64,000 nt of DNA. Source: Anaeramoeba ignava BMAN. Taxonomy: Eukaryota; Protista; Anaeramoebae. Positions 40,544 to 55,400 of the stretch are shown here, in pieces (position 1 is the stretch's first letter; each line of letters begins with the position of its first letter). The stretch spans positions 248,001 to 312,000 of the forward strand of contig JAPDFW010000067.1 in the NCBI GenBank assembly GCA_028826165.1, written 5' to 3'. The notes beneath the pieces are model-generated. The model saw nothing but the letters and a program-made list of their open reading frames with translations. It was not told the origin of the DNA and did not search any database. The translations under genes and the position numbers were made by a program.

Positions 40544-43500
40544 CTATTTTTTTCGATCACAAAACCTGAAAAGAAAATCTTCTGTATTTTGAGTAAATTG
40601 TTGGAAATGCTTCCTATTTTTCACTTTCAGTTCCAAATTATTTGAAATGAGGATATTATCAAAAGCAGATTTAGTTTCTTTTTTTGGATTTTGATTTTTC
40701 CGACTATTTGATTGAGCAGAAGGCCAAACAAATTTATTGCGAAAGAGGAACAAAAACGAGAAACGGACGAAGCCAATAACGTTTGTGATATGAGTTGCGC
40801 AGAAATACATGCGGATATTTTCGATCAAATTTGTTTCCGATTTGAGGAAAGGGAACTTTTCAATAAAAGGTGAAGAATTTATCAAATTGACATGAACTTG
40901 CAAAGTGTTTTGGTCAAATGAAAAACGATAAATAGGCTGGAAGGTTCTTGTGACAGACATGCAGTTTGCATAGTATGCTTCTTCTGAGAAATATGGTCTG
41001 CGCATTTCGTACCAGTATAGTGAGAAAAATTGAACTGACTTTGCAGATGATGTAATTTTGTTAATTTCGGAAAAAACTTTATCTAATAATTTATAAGCAT
41101 GAGAAAATTGGAAGCTTTGCTCATTGAAAATATCTCTACACTCAGAATAATAACTGAATGAAGTTAACCGTGATAATGCAAATTGAAGGAATGTTGATAG
41201 AAAGTGGTTCAATAGTTCTTGTTTTTCTGCATCTCCAAAATTATTGTGTTCATTGTTGATAAATTTTTTTGCTTTTAAAAACCATTTATAAAATTGATGA
41301 AAAGTAGCAAAGAAATGGTAATAATTTGAATCTCCATAAAAAATTGTATTTTTGGATGAGTTTGTTGGTATTTGTGTTTGTTTCTCGTGGAAACAAACTT
41401 GGATTGGACTCATATCAATCCGATTCAGTCTCAATTTTTGTGTTTCAGGATAAAATAACCCAAAAATAAACCGAATAAAAGAAAACGCCTTTTGTTTTGC
41501 TGCTTGAATTTTTTGATTTGATGAAATATCATGAATAGGCGTAATTGGATTAAGCAATATATTTGAATTATTTTGTGGAATCATTCTATCGATATTGTAT
41601 ATGCTATTGTTTATATTGTTTTTTGAGTTTTCTTTTGAATATGAAGATTTGATTTTCATGTGATTTAATGTCGATGGAAATTGTGTTAAATGTTTTAGAA
41701 ATTGTTCCACAGATAAAAAGATTTCTCGATCTTTGAATTTAAGATTGATTCCTGTTTGGAGATTTTCAGTGATTTCTTTTGGTTTTTGTGGTTTTGATGA
41801 ATAAGATATAATTCTATCAAGATCTAATTTTTTAATTTTTGAAAATAATAATTTTAATTTTTTAAATTTTTTCACTTTTTTCATTTTTTTTCAATTTTTA
41901 CAATCTTCACTCATTAGTTTTGTTTGATAATTCCAGAACATTTTAATTTCTTTTATTAAATCTGTTTGTATTTTTTGTGTAATTTTATTTTGATAAATAG
42001 ATTCTAAATAAAGTTGATTTCCAATAAGATTTCGATTATAATTTTCAACTTTTTCAATAAAAAAATCAATAATTTTTAAAGCATTTTCAGGAGTTTTTGC
42101 TAAATTTAAATTTTCTAATTGAAAAGAAAGGGTATTTCCAAATATTTTTGATAAACATAAAAAGCATTCACAGCAACCTAAAACATTACCTATTTAAAAT
42201 TTAAAATTAAATATAAAATTAAATATAAAATTAAATATAAAATTAAATATAAAATTAAATATAAAATTTAATATAAAATTAAATATAAATTTAAATATAA
42301 AATTAAATATAAAATTAAATTTAAATATAAAATTAAATATAAAATTAAATATAAAATTTAATATAAAATTTAATATAAAATTTAATATAAAATTAAATAT
42401 AAAATTTAATATAAAATTTAATATAAAATTTAATATAAAATTTAATATAAAATTAAATATAAAATTTAATATAAAATTTAATATAAAATTTAATATTTAC
42501 AAGGTCGAAAATAAGTAATATCTTGCAAGCATTGTGTATCATTTTTGAAATTATTTTTGATTTCTTCCAAAAATTTCTTAAATATATTTAGAACTTTTAA
42601 TGTTTGTTCTGAATCTTCTAAATTTTTTTCAAGTTTTCTTAAATTTTGTTTAGTTTGAAAAAGTATATCTTCTTCTTTATTTTCAGATTCACGACTTGTA
42701 ATCATTTTTTTTTGTAAATCTTGAATTTGTGATTTTTCATATTTAGTTAATTTTAAATTGTTTTTCAATATAACTTTTAATTTTTTATATTTATTTATAT
42801 TCGAATCAGATTTATGTTTTGATTTTGATTTATGCCTTGATTTATGCCTTGATTTATGTTTTGATTTTGATTTATGTTTTGATTTATGTCTTGATTTATG
42901 TTTTGATTTATGTTTTGATTTATGTCTTGATTTATTGTGAATTTTATTTTTCGAATTTATTTTATTTTTGTTTAAATTTTCGATAAATTTTTTAATCCCT
43001 TTTTGAAATTCATTTTCATTTTCATTTTCATTTTCATTTTGATTTTGATTTTCATTTTGATTTTGATTTTGATTTTGATTTTGATTTTCATTTTCGCTTT
43101 CATATTCATATTCATTTTCATTTTCATCTTCATTTTCATTTTCTAATTCATTTTCATCTTCATTTTCATTTTCATTTTCGCTTTCATTTTGATTTTGATT
43201 TTGATTTTCATTTTCATCTTCATTTTCATTTTCATCTTTTAATTCATTTTCATCTTTTAATTCATTTTCATCTTTTAATTCATTTTCATCTTTATTTTTT
43301 TTATTTTTATTTTTATTTTTATTTTCGATCTTCTTCTTAATTTTAATTTCATTTAAAATTTCATCCAAATTGATTTCTTTCTAAATATTATTTAATTAAA
43401 TATAAATATAAATACAAATCTTTTTTTTTTTGTGTTAAATTAAATTATAAATAACAAACCAATTTATTTTTAAAAGAAATCAAATCAGATTCTTTTGATA

Positions 43501-45591
43501 ATAAAAGAATCATTTTAGGAATAAAATTTGGAGAATATCTAAAAAGATAGCCAATAAAGATTCTGAAATTTTGATAATCAAGTTTTTGATCATTATATAA
43601 ATTATAAATATTAACAATTTGTCGAAGATCATCAACAGAAATTGAAGAAAAAATTTGAACAAAATAATAAGAATAATTTTTGAAAAGATGATAAATTTTC
43701 AAATGATTTTGCTGGAAAATTTCTTGAAAAATTTCTTGTTCTAAATCTGAATAATCCTTATGTAATAATTTTGAGATATTATAAAAAAGAAGAGGAATAG
43801 AATTTTGAAAAGAAGATAAAATATGAGAAAGAGGTTTCATTTTTTCAATTAAAAGTGTATTTTTAAGCATTTTTTTATATCTGATAGTATCTTGTGGGAA
43901 TTCTTGAAAAGGTATTTGAAATCTAAAAGGCCCAAAAAGTATTTGATTTATTTGGAAAAGAATGTTTGGTTCTTCAATAAATAATTTTCCAAGTTCTTCA
44001 ATTGTTGTACTTAAATTTTTTTCTTCTGATGTGAAGCTTTTCATTATTTCTAAAAATTTCATGTATTTTTTCTCTTCGATTTGTATTCGAAGTTGTTGAA
44101 CAAATATAAATGCTGATGTTAATTTTGTTTCATCTTTTTTTTTTTAAAAAAACAAAAAGGAATTTTGATTTTGGAATAAATGATTTTTTTTTTTAAAAAA
44201 CAAAAAAAGGAAATAAATTTTAAATTTTTACAAGTGCTATTTTTTAAAGAATTTTAAAGGATTTTAAAGGAATTTTTAAAGGGAAATTTAAAGGAAATTT
44301 TAAAGGAAATTTTAAAGGAAATTTTAAAGGAAATTTAAATGAAATTTTGTTAGTTTAAAGAAATGGATTTTTATTTTGATATTTATATTTATATTTATAT
44401 TTATATTTATATTGATATTTATATTAATATTTATATTTATATTTATATTTATATTGATATTTATATTAATATTTATATTTATATTTATATTTATATTTAT
44501 ATTTATATTTATATTTATATTGATATTTATATTGATATTGATATTTATATTGATATTGATATTTATAATTATATTTATATTTATATTTATATTTATATTT
44601 ATATTTATATTTATATTTATAATTATATTTTTTAATTGATATTTATATTTATATTTATATTTATATTTATATTTATAATTATATTTTTATTGATATTTAT
44701 ATTTATATTTATATTTATATTTATATTGATATTTATATTTATATTTATATTTATAAATATTGATAAGTTATATTTATATTTATATTTATATTTATATTAT
44801 ATTTATGTTTATATTTATATTTATATTTATATTTTATATTTATATTTATATTTATATTTATATTTATATTTTAATTTATATTTATATTTATATTTAGATT
44901 TTATTTATATTATATTTATATTTATATTTATATTTATATTTTTATATTGATATTTATATTTATATTGATATTTATATTTATATTTATATTTATATTTATA
45001 TTTATATTTATATTTATATTTATATTTATATTTATATTTATATTGATATTTATATTTATATTTATATTTATATTTATATTTATATTTATATTTATATTTA
45101 TATTTATATTTATATTTATATTTATATTTATATTTATATTGATATTTATATTTATATTGATATTTATATTTATATTTATATTTATATTTATATTGATATT
45201 GATATTGATATTTATATTTATATTTATATTGATATTGATATTGATATTTATATTTATATTTATATTTATATTTTGATTTATATTTATATTTATATTTATA
45301 ATTATATTTATATTTATATTTATATTTATATTTATATTTATATTGATATTGATATTGATATTTATATTTATATTTATATTGATATTTTGATATTGAAATA
45401 TGAAGAATTTTAAATCTAAATTTGAATTGAATTTGATATTTTTTTTTTAAAATTTAACAGAAATTTTTTTTTAATTTTAAAATTTTTTTTTTTATTGTTT
45501 TTATATTTAATAATAATAAAATAATAAATGAGATCAGTTTAAAAATATAAATCTTTTCAAACCTTGTAAGATTTATTGAATTATTTTGCAT
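40544..45591 (-). CDS. SIN3: Divergent SIN3-like corepressor. Exons 45591-45563 (tentative), 44236-44232 (tentative microexon), 44133-43460, 43380-42501, 42189-41902, 41823-40544
   Basis: PAH-like [10 protein letters not shown]...[12 protein letters not shown]...[21 protein letters not shown]; Sin3 C-terminal-like [39 protein letters not shown]. The last three introns join in frame. Confidence 0.72.
42192..42495. repeat. 12-bp satellite (TAAAATTAAATA)n filling SIN3-like intron 42190-42500
   Basis: Seen directly. Confidence 0.9.
44375..45395. repeat. (TATATT/GATATT)n satellite, probably within the first SIN3-like intron
   Basis: Repeat seen directly; intron assignment is inferred. Confidence 0.88.
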
Positions 45592-45994
45592 AATTTTAAA
45601 GAAATAAAAAAGAAAAAAAGGGTAAAAGAAAGGAAAATAAAAATAAAAATAAAAATAAAAATAACTTTTAATTTTTCATTTTTTTTTTTAATTTTTTTTT
45701 TTTTAGTTTATTTTAAAAAAACTGACAAAAAAAACCCCCACAAATAAAAAAAAAATTTTTTTAATTTAATTTTAAAAATAAAATATTTTCGTAATTTTAT
45801 AAAATGATTTTAATAATTTTAAACTATAAAACTTATTTAATTTAATCTAATCTAAATAAATTTTTTTTTTCGACTTTTCTTCTTTTTTAAAAAATCAAAA
45901 TAAAAATCAATTAAAAAAAAATTTTTTCTTTTTGGTTTTATTGTGTTAAAAAATATTTGACAACCAATCACATTCCACTTTTAAAAATTTTTAA

Positions 45995-46450
45995 ATTTGA
46001 TTTTGATTTAGAAATTGATTTAGAAATTGATTTAGAAATTGATTTAAAAATTGATTTAGAAATTGATTTAGAAATTGATTTAAAAATTGATTTAGAAATA
46101 GATTTAGAAATTGATTTAAAAATAGATTTAGAAATTGATTTAGAAATTGATTTAGAAATTGATTTAGAAATTGATTTAAAAATTGATTTAAAAATTGATT
46201 TAGAAATTGATTTAGAAATTGATTTAGAAATTGATTTAGAAATTGATTTAAAAATTGATTTAAAAATTGATTTAAAAATTGATTTAGAAATTGATTTAGA
46301 AATTGATTTAGAAATTGATTTAAAAATTGATTTAGAAATTGATTTAGAAATAGATTTAGAAATTGATTTAAAAATAGATTTAGAAATTGATTTAGAAATT
46401 GATTTAAAAATAGATTTAGAAATTGATTTAGAAATTGATTTAGAAATTGA
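45995..46450. repeat. 12-bp satellite (GATTTAGAAATT)n downstream of the BEACH gene
   Basis: Seen directly; source of the spurious (EIDL)n ORF. Confidence 0.93.
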
Positions 46451-46496
46451 ATTGTTGATTTAAATTTAGATCTTCATTTGAATTGTTGATTTAAAT

Positions 46497-49400
46497 TTAG
46501 ATCTTCATTTGAATTGTTGATTTATAACGTTTCCTAATTCCCCAAACAATTAAAACACCATCTTTAGAAGATGAAAAAAGAGTATTTAAATGATTGGAAA
46601 AAATTAAAGAAGTGATTGGAGATTTAAAAGAAGAGTTCAAAACACAAATTCGAGAAAGATCATCAGCATTCCAAATTAATATAGATCCATTATCCATTCC
46701 AGTCAATAAAACATTTTGGGCTGTTCCTTGTTCCGCAGAAGAAAAACAAGCAGAACAAATAAGACCATCAACATTTGATGATATTTTCTGTTCGGAAATT
46801 AAATGCCCATTGATTGTCCATAAAATTAAACGATTTTTATTTTGTTGAGAATTTTCAACATAAGTTAAAACATCTCCAGTGACAGGACTAATTTCCACAA
46901 GAGAAACCTTTCCATCATATTTCTCAAGAGAAAAACAACAAAGTAGATCATTCATATCCCATATAATTGCAGTTCCGTCAGCAGATCCACTTACAATAAC
47001 ATGGAAATCAGAAGAGGAAACAATTGATATCACTGAATCTCGATGTCCGTACATGGAACGCTTATAAACGCATTCCGTTATTTTGCCCTGTTTTCGAATC
47101 ACTTTCCAAATATAAACAATCCCTTTTTTTCCTCCTAATGCAATAATATGTCCATCATTAGAAGATGTACAGCAATAAATCGTATCATCTATATCATCTC
47201 CAAATGAAAACAACTCACGAGAACTGCGTTGTGAAATTACTTTAATTGAATTATCCCATTGATTCCATGTTACAATAATATCCTTTTCTGGATTAATTTC
47301 ACAGGAAAATGGTCCAAGAGGAATTGCATTTTTTCTGAGTAGAATCAATTTACGAATTTCATTATTTGTTTGGGTAATTTCAAGTGGAGTTATTTGCTCA
47401 ATATTTGAGAGAATAGGATGAATAGCATATGAAGAAGAATATAATATTTGGAATTTTGTATTATTTTCATATTCATATTCATATTCATTTTGATTTTCAT
47501 TTTCATTTTGATTTTCATATTCATTTTCATTTTCATTTTCGTTTTCATTCGCATTTTCATTTTCATTCGCATTTTCTTCCCGAAAATTTTTAATAACTTT
47601 ACGTTTTGGATGAGGCTTTTTAAATAATTGAATTGGTATTTGTCCAAAATTTTGAATCTCAGAAAACAAACTTTGCTTTGTTTTTTCATCAGTAATCGAT
47701 GAAAAATCAATTCCACCTTCGTACATATTTGGATGAAACAAATTCATTGAATCTTTTGCCTCTTTACCTCTTTGTTTGTATCCAAAAATTAAATCGATCC
47801 AATGGTGAATATTTTCAGAAACAAAAGGACATTCTAATGCTTCTGAGTATTTCTTGACGAAAACACGAGGATTATATCGAGCCCATTTAGGAACTTTTAC
47901 ATTATCAACAATCTCTCCATTTTGCTTTATTCCTAAATCATATCCGTTGATGTTCATAAACATTTCAGGAAGAAAGAAGAATTCTGGAAGAATTTCCTTG
48001 AGATCCGAACAAGTTATAGAAGTCGAGTTTTTCCACTGCTTTTCAACAGAAGAAAACATCCGATCAGGAAGATCAAACTTGCCGCTTTGGAAATTGACTA
48101 GCAAAGATGCAAATGGTTCCAATCTTGCCAAGAAAAATAAAACAGAACCAGAATTAGAATAATGAGTTCCATAATGATATGAAATTTCTGAAAAACGTTC
48201 CAAATCTTGGAATCTTTTGTTGAAAAATGCAATTTGTTGAGGTGTTTGTGCTCCCATTGGCTTGGAAAAATCTCGGAATGTATCTGAACTATTGAGATTA
48301 ATTGATTTGGAATTGAAATCCTTGATCACATTCGGAAATACATGATATTGTCCCAAATCATTGTATGTCCGCCCAGCAAGTGTGTTGAGATGCATAAGAT
48401 AGGAAAAATTACTAATTTTGTGTTGTTGCCAGAGACGAGTTACTGATTTCAATGATGCTGATCCAAAACTTGTTGTTTCATAATCAATGTAATTGGGGAG
48501 ATCGTGAGAAAGAATCATTTCCAAGACTTTTTTGGATTGCGCTTCAGTTTCAAACGCAAAGAAAAGGGTTTTTCCTGTAATAAGAAACAATTCAAGCCCA
48601 ATATTTTGCAGTAGATATCTGCGTTTGTAAATTTCTTTAATGCTGTTGTATGATATTTTGAGATGGTTTTTGAAAATTGGGTTTTGTTTTGTGATTGTTC
48701 CTCCTGATCGGGAAATTTCTGAATATTCTTCGATAAAAAAATGCATTTTGCGATCAGAAAAAACAAGATCTCCTTTATATTCACTAAATAATCTAATTTG
48801 TGTGCATTTTGTTGAGAAATGAATCACTTCCCGATACGACAATGCGTTTTGGGGATTCATCACCATTTTCTCATTTCCTGATAAGAGAACCTGGCCTGGA
48901 CTGATTCCATATCTCATCAATTTGCCAAGAAACTCTTTTGGAGTAATTTTCTCGTTTTGTTTATTTTTATCACCATTTTCAATTTTGTTGAAATTGATAT
49001 TGATATTTATATTTATATTTGTGTTATTGATAGATAATAAAGAATGTATTTTTTGAGTTTCTTGTGAAAATGATTCAAGATCTTGTGTCATTTCTGATGT
49101 TTCTGATGATGTTGTTGTTGTTGTTAATGATGGTGATTTTGGTAGATCAATATCCGAGGAAATATGACTTTCTGCATCCATTTCAATTTCTGTTGATTTT
49201 TCTGATAAAACTTGTTGTTCTTCATTTTTCAGTTGCAAAACAATATCAATTATTGAATTTGAATTGTTCCCATCTTTGCCATTATTGTCAATATTCGAAT
49301 TCTTGCTCCTTAACTCTTCAAGATAATTTTCAATTATAAAATTATTCCAATTTTTTGTGTAATCCAATGAACATTTTGGAATTTTCAATAACAATCCAAT

Positions 49401-52400
49401 CTTTTCCTTCAAATTTGCTCCATTTTTATATTTGAAATTTCTTTTTTGGATTGCATTGCTCTTGTGCTGACCAAAAGGAGATACAAATTTAATAGCATGC
49501 ATTTTGATCTCACTTTCTTCTGTAATGAGCACTTTTTTCAATCTTCTTCTTGTACGATTTGGTCCTTCGGTTTCATCAAATCCGAAAAGTGCAAATTTTG
49601 CTGGGATATTCCATACTCCTCTTTCATCTGTCATTTGTTCACATATTTTCATCCATTTGTTTGATATCTTGAACTCCTTTTCTACAAATTTTCTAAATTG
49701 ATCCAATGAATGCTTTTTCCTTATAACTTGTATTTGGAACAATTCTGTGATTGAATTATTTGCAATTTGCTTAATTTTTTTATAGTATTCATTGCGTGTT
49801 TCAACAATTAATGTTGCTAATTGCTTCAGATTTTGTGTGAAAAGATCAAATTGGACATCCTCTTTCTTTGTTTTTTGTGGTGTTTTTACTTCATTTACTT
49901 GTGATAAAATTTTTTGTAATTTTTCAGCACTATTTCTTGAAGAATAAAATTCTTTTCTTTCTTGTTTAGACATTCCTCGTGACATTTTAGATCGGAATTT
50001 CTTATTTAAAAGTGCATATCTTAAAAGAAAGTATGCTTTTGTTTTTAAATTTTCAAATTTTGATCGAATAATTTCCCGTAAAAGAAATTCCAAGTTTTGT
50101 TGAACACTTTCAATTTGTAGAATATCTCCCAAAAATTTGGAATGTGCAGCAAGAAATGCAATCAAAAATTCATGAATTGAAATTGAATTAGAAGTTTCAA
50201 GTAACAGATTTATGATTTTTTCAATTTTATTTTGAACAATATTTCTTCCATTTTTATTGCTCCGATTTAGATTTGTATTTGATTCAAAAGCTGATTTTAG
50301 CAAAGAAAGTTGGTATAAGAAATCATATAGAAATAGGATATCTTTTTGATTTGGGAAATGATTTTTATTATTTTTCTTTTTCTTTTTAATATTATTTTCA
50401 TTTTTAATATTATTTTCATTTTGAATATTATTTTCATTTTGAATATTATTTTCATTTTCATTATTGTTTTCATTTTTAATATTATTTTCATTATTATTTT
50501 CATTATTATTTTCATTATTATTTTCATTATTTTCATTATTATTTTCATTATTATTTTCATTATTATTATTTTCATTATTATTTTCATTATTATTTTTAAT
50601 ATCAATCCTATTATTAATATTATTATTCATATTAATATAATTATGAATAATATTGCTTTTGCTTTTGCTCTTGCTTTTGCTTTTGTTATTCTTTTTTAAA
50701 ACCCTTTTTTCTGAATTAAAATCTTCTAAACTTGTTAATGATATTAATGATTTTTCATTTTGAAAAAGATCAGGTTCATTTGAGAATTTTCGACTTTTAA
50801 CCCAATAAATAACTAAATTACAAATGAACCCAAGGAAAGAATTTAAATTGGTTGAAAATAAATCATCTTTCTTGTTCTTCTTTTTCTTGCTTTTATTTAT
50901 ATTTGTATTCTTATTTTTTTTTCTTTTTAATTTTGTAATTGAAATTGAAATTTCTTTTTTTTGAATTATATCATGAAAAAAACGCATTAATTGTTTTATA
51001 ATGGATTGCTGATGACTTCTAATTTGTGATTGAGAGATATTAGGAATACAAAATAAACTGCAAAGAATTTTCATAACAATTTGTTCAATTCCATCCTTAA
51101 TAAAACATCCATATTTACAAATATCAACTAGAAAAGTTTCAATTTCATCTTCAATATTAATAGATGTATTAGCATCTTTTACCTTTTTCTTATCACCAAT
51201 ATTCGCTTTTGGATTGTTAATTTTGAAAGTTTGTTCTTTCTGAAAAACAATGAAAATTTCAAAAATTTGAAGAATAATTCCATTTTCAACCAAAATTTTT
51301 TGTTTTTCAGCATTAAAAACTCCTCTAAGGGTTTTGAGTGCATTATAACGAAAAGGTTTTCCTTTTGTACTTGCAGCAATCATACAAATTGGAGAGAGAA
51401 TCATATTGTTGAAAAACAAAACAAACAGTTGATCAAAAATCTCCAAAGTTGATTCGAATTGCTGAAGATTATATCCGATAATTTCAAAGGCATTTGCTTC
51501 TATAAACTTATCAAAGCAAACCTTGTGTTTCAGTATTGTGTTTATAAATTTAAGCAAGATAATCCGAGTTTTTTTGGATGAGTGATACAATAATGATGAT
51601 ACTAATTGGGGTGAAATTTGCGAAAGAAAATTGTGAAGCTGTTCATCATTCTCATCCGCATTTTGAATCTTTTCAATAAGCATTTTAATCACAGGAATTC
51701 GTGTTTGTGAACGTTTCAAAATCTCAGAATTAGTCTTTTTTTCTTTAGGATCACTTATTTCTTTTTCATCCTGATTATTTGTATTTTGTTTTTCTTCTAA
51801 AAATTCAACTAAAAAAGAATTGTATGATTTTGACTTATTTTTGGGATTATTTTCAATATTTTCTTTTTCATCAAGATTATTTTCCAAATTATTATTATTA
51901 TTATTATTTTCGATAGAATCAATATTCTTTGTAATTTTTTGGTTTTCATATTCAACAATTTGCGATTTTGTTGGAGCAAAAGAAACCATCTTGACGATTT
52001 TGGATCGATAATGAGTTTCCACAACAAAATCAAATACATGCTGAAAATCGTTTTTAGTTTGAACAAAAATATTCAGGATGGAAACAATTTTATCGATAAC
52101 TTGTGACGGCATCAATGGATAATTTCTGAGTATTGCTAATAATCTTGATGTGACTCGAATTTTTCGGAGTTTCTCAAAATTATATTTGAAAATTTCGTTT
52201 GATTGCTTTAAAGAAACTAACGATAATAATTGTGAAAGAAGCATTACTTGAATATCTGGATGTGATTTATTCCAAATTTTCCAATTCAAAATTAGATCAT
52301 TGCAAGCGAGATTATTTGTAATAACGATAGAATTTTGGGGATCAGAGAATTGAGAAAGTTGTTTAAATTGGGTTTCATCACTATCATTTATTTTTTCAGA

Positions 52401-55400
52401 TGGGGAGTGATTATTGAGATTTTGGATAATAAATTTTCTAGATGAAGTACCACAACAAAATTGGAAACATGCTGATAATATGGGGATATTTTTCTTCCAC
52501 AAAGATTTCGACATTGCTCGAGCCACAACTTCATATCCTTGTTTGTCCATATAGTTTTGAGCACCTAGAGTATTGTTTTCAAGAAAAGTTGCCAATAAAA
52601 GAAGACTTTCTAATTGGTACTCTTCATGTCGTAAAAGAGAAGATCCCACTAAATAAAGCAATGCTGAAACACCTCCAATAGAATCAATAGAATCTTTGAT
52701 TGTTGTTCTTGAAACAGAAACAACTTTTCCTTCAACAGCGAAATATCTTGAGTAAAAAGACGGTAATCTTTTTGATGGCAGAATAAATGTTTCCAAAGAA
52801 ACTTCGTTTTTGAGAGATGGAGGTATTTTTGGCATAATATATATTTGTTTGTGAGGAAAAACAGCGCAAATCAAACGTTTTTGGAATTTGGAGAAAATTG
52901 TAGAAGAAAAAGAAGCAATGCTCTTTTGTCGCGAAAAAAAACTGGAATGATCTTTGAAGGGAGAATTCTTGACCAAGCAATTAATTGGCAAGTTTTTATT
53001 AAATACATTAGAATAATTTGGACCCAATAAAGAAAGAAAAAGCACATCTTTTGATCTAAGCGGTTTTGAAAAGAGAAAGCAATTTCCAATGTTGAAATTG
53101 AATGTTTTGCGTTCAGGATATTTGAGCCCATAATGTCCACCAAAAGACAAAGATATGCTTACCATTCGCGAAGAATTAAAGGATGGAATAGATAATCTGC
53201 ATTGCTCTATTTTTTCTCCTGAAACAAATAAATTGATGTATTCGTAATTTTTTCTTGAATGAGAAATGTGAACATGATGCCATTTATCCGGTTGAAAAGT
53301 GAAATTAGAAAATTCAGATGATTGAGAAAGTTCTTTATTCGAAATGGATATTTTACTATTGAAACGCAAAGAAACATCCAATATTACACTCATGGGCTCA
53401 TTTTGCTTTTTGGGTATTGCAAGAATCTCTAAAAGAGTCGTTTCTTTTGGCGGTGTTTTTGAATAGGAAAACCAAAAATCAATTGATAAACCTTGTCCTT
53501 CTCCTGATCCCCAAATTCCATTAATATCAGACAATGTAATTCTTCCCGAATTTTTGTGCTTTGGTTTTTGATGCAGAACAATATAATTTTTGGGAAATGT
53601 TGAAGATTGTTGACACATTTTTGTGACTGTTTTAAGAATATTTATTGGGAATTTCCTTGTTTTCATAAATGAGAAAATTCTTTTTGTTTCTGATATTTGG
53701 ATCATAAACGATCCAATTTTTCTGATTAAGGATAAAATGTCTTGTTGAAGTGAATGTTTTTCTGATAAAATAATTTTCTGGAAATTGTCAAGAAGCGAAA
53801 AAATAATTTGAGATTTGCATAAAGAATAAGAATTTGGTTCAAGTTCAATGAGACGTTCAATTGTTTGTGTTAAATATAAGAATTTGTTGTTTGAAAATAA
53901 GTGTCTTTTCACTGGTTTAGAAATTATTGAGAAAATTGCATTTATAATCTCAGGATATCTGATATGTGGTTGTTTGGAGGAATATTTACGTCTAAGAAAT
54001 AAATCGTATTGAATAATTGATGCTGTTTGTTGTGGAGAGTTTTTTTCAGAAGAAAAAGTTTGTATTGAATCATTTGAATATTGAATTTTTTTGAAATGAA
54101 TAAGTTTCAATAATGAAAAGAAAGAATTTGAATTTATTTGATGATAAATATGGTTCATGATATCAAAAGATGTTTCTGATAAGGAAAGTATATTGAGAAT
54201 ATTTTTTGTACAAAATGGAGTATAAATATCCAGAATTTGATTTTGATTTTGATTTTGATTTTCAATTTTATTTTGATTTTCAATTTTATTTTGATTTTCA
54301 ATTTGATTTTTATTTTCAATTTGATTTTGATTTTCAATTTTATTTTGATTTTCAATTTTATTTTGATTTTCAATTTGATTTTGATTTTTATTTTCAATTT
54401 TATTTTGATTTTGATTTTGATTTTTATTTTCAATTTGGTTTTGATTTTGATTTTGATTTTGATTTTGATTTTGATTTTCAATTTGGTTTTGAATTTGGTT
54501 TTGATTTTTATTTTCAATTTGATTTTCAATTTTAATTTGGTTTTGAATTTGGTTTTGATTTTGATTTTGATTTTCAATTTGATTTTCAATTTGATTTTCA
54601 ATTTGATTTTCAATTTGATTTTCATTTTGATTTTGATTTTGATTTTCAATTTGATTTTCAATTTGATTTTGATTTTCAATTTTATTTTGAATTTGATTTT
54701 GATTTTCAATTTTATTTTGATTTTGATTTTGAATTTGATTTTGATTTTGATTTTGATTTTCAATTTGATTTTGATTTTCAATTTTATTTTGATTTTGATT
54801 TTGAATTTGATTTTGATTTTTATTTTTATTTCGATTTTCAATTTGATTTTGATTTTGATATTCATTTTGATTTTGATTTTGATTTTGATTTTGATTTTGA
54901 TTTTGATTTTCAATTTCATTTTGATTTTGATTTTGATTTTGGTTTTGATTTTGATTTTGATTTTGATTTTCAATTTGATTTTGATTTTGATTTTGATTTT
55001 GATTTTGATTTTGATTTTGATTTTGATTTTGATTTTGATTTTGATTTTGGTTTTGATTTTCATTTCGATTTTCATTTCGATTTTGATAATTTCTATCAAA
55101 TCTTCCAACAACAGATAAATTCAAAAGAGAATCTAAAAGCATCATTGAAAGTGGAGAATAAAATAAATTTGTAGAACGAAAAGAAGTGAAAAGATCATCA
55201 ATCCTTAATTCATCTTTAAAAGCACGTTTGTTTGGATGATTTTCTTTCAGAGATTCTGACAAACAATTTATCAAAGTTATACAAAATATAGAAAAAGGAA
55301 TTGACAAAGTGTTAAAATTTTGAAGATATTGTTGAAGATTTTCTTTTGTTTTAATTTGGGATGAATTTTTTTCAGAAAGAATTTGCTCAATAGAGTGAGA

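Noticed and set aside
45957-46463. (EIDL)n ORF
   Set aside because: Translation of a 12-bp satellite with a non-ATG start.
54155-55118. Overlapping KI/IL/DF ORFs in alternate frames (also 24289-24624, 50297-50699, 63049-63516)
   Set aside because: Shadow frames of N/Q-rich coding repeats.
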